This document shows positions 63,689 through 64,000 of a stretch of DNA of 64,000 nt, piece after piece. The stretch's first letter is position 1. Each line of letters begins with the position of its first letter. A program made the position numbers and the translations under genes. The stretch covers positions 1 through 64,000 of the forward strand of contig JAWLBL010000014.1 of assembly GCA_041687695.1 (NCBI GenBank). The letters run 5' to 3'. Under the pieces are notes generated by a model. It had not been told where the DNA came from, did no database searches, and was given only the letters and a program-made list of their open reading frames with translations. This DNA comes from Myxococcota bacterium. GTDB lineage: Bacteria > Myxococcota_A > UBA9042 > PHBI01 > JAWLBL01.

Positions 63689-63734
63689 TTCGAAACACGA
63701 AGAGGCGCCGCCCCATCAGGAACGGCGCCTCTTC
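63689..63734 (-). terminator. Hairpin terminator with TTCGTGTTTCGAA tail
   Basis: Perfect 12-bp gaagaggcgccg / cggcgcctcttc stem. Confidence 0.78.
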
Positions 63735-63754
63735 AGGCTTTGGGCCAGCTGGCG

Positions 63755-64000
63755 CTAGCGGACGACCAGCGCGAGACGCTCCGCCGACTGGGCCGCAACG
63801 TAGCGGTCGTAGTGGTGGAGCACGTCGGCGACGTACTTGCCGGTCTGGCGGAAGGGGATGCCGCCCTTCTTGGCCACGTTGCCGGGGCCGGCGTTGTAGG
63901 CGGCGAGGGCCAGGGCCAGGTCGCCATCGTAGCGATCGGCGTACTCACGCAGCAGCTTGGCGCCGCCCTCGACGCACTGGCGGGGGTCGCTGGGATCCTT
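63755..64000 (-). CDS. Lytic transglycosylase (SLT domain), C-terminal part
   Basis: Manual translation (not in the ORF track): DPRQCVEGGAKLLREYADRYDGDLALALAAYNAGPGNV...TGKYVADVL; TAG stop at 63755-63757. Confidence 0.88.
   Translation of the reverse strand, partial: KDPSDPRQCVEGGAKLLREYADRYDGDLALALAAYNAGPGNVAKKGGIPFRQTGKYVADVLHHYDRYVAAQSAERLALVVR

Noticed and set aside
63733..63948. 71-aa ORF listed in the track
   Set aside because: Wrong frame; the overlapping frame ending at 63755 encodes clear SLT transglycosylase motifs

Overview
Very GC-rich, gene-dense chromosomal window, most likely from a myxobacterium (Myxococcota). This is inferred from MYXO-CTERM-like tails, CGxDGCGG cysteine repeats, a TIGR02147-type gene, a Ser/Thr kinase next to a PEGA protein, and many lipoproteins. 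About 47 CDSs are supported. Housekeeping genes include hemE, gap, a stand-alone fusA, slyD, acnA, purE/purK, sohB, ybaK, malQ and a treS-maltokinase fusion. There is also a small fatty-acid catabolism cluster and many secreted or lipoprotein genes. No rRNA, tRNA, CRISPR array, transposase or phage gene was recognised. The best candidate for a new system is a tightly packed operon at 21687-24464 (-). It pairs a splicease-like (PlpX/TIGR03913-like) radical SAM/SPASM enzyme with a small zinc-ribbon + lipoprotein precursor whose predicted lipidated Cys is followed directly by the AYG(EPP) target motif, then a DksA/TraR-like protein and a somatomedin-B Cys-rich lipoprotein. Other notable items: an intact SsnA-like amidohydrolase with four conserved His each replaced through a single-base change (pseudoenzyme candidate); a kinase + TPR-PEGA-TonB receptor pair; a shared GTTTCGAA tail on four terminator hairpins; and a GGGGCC-rich tandem repeat after fusA. 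All family assignments come from motif recognition by eye, not from database searches.
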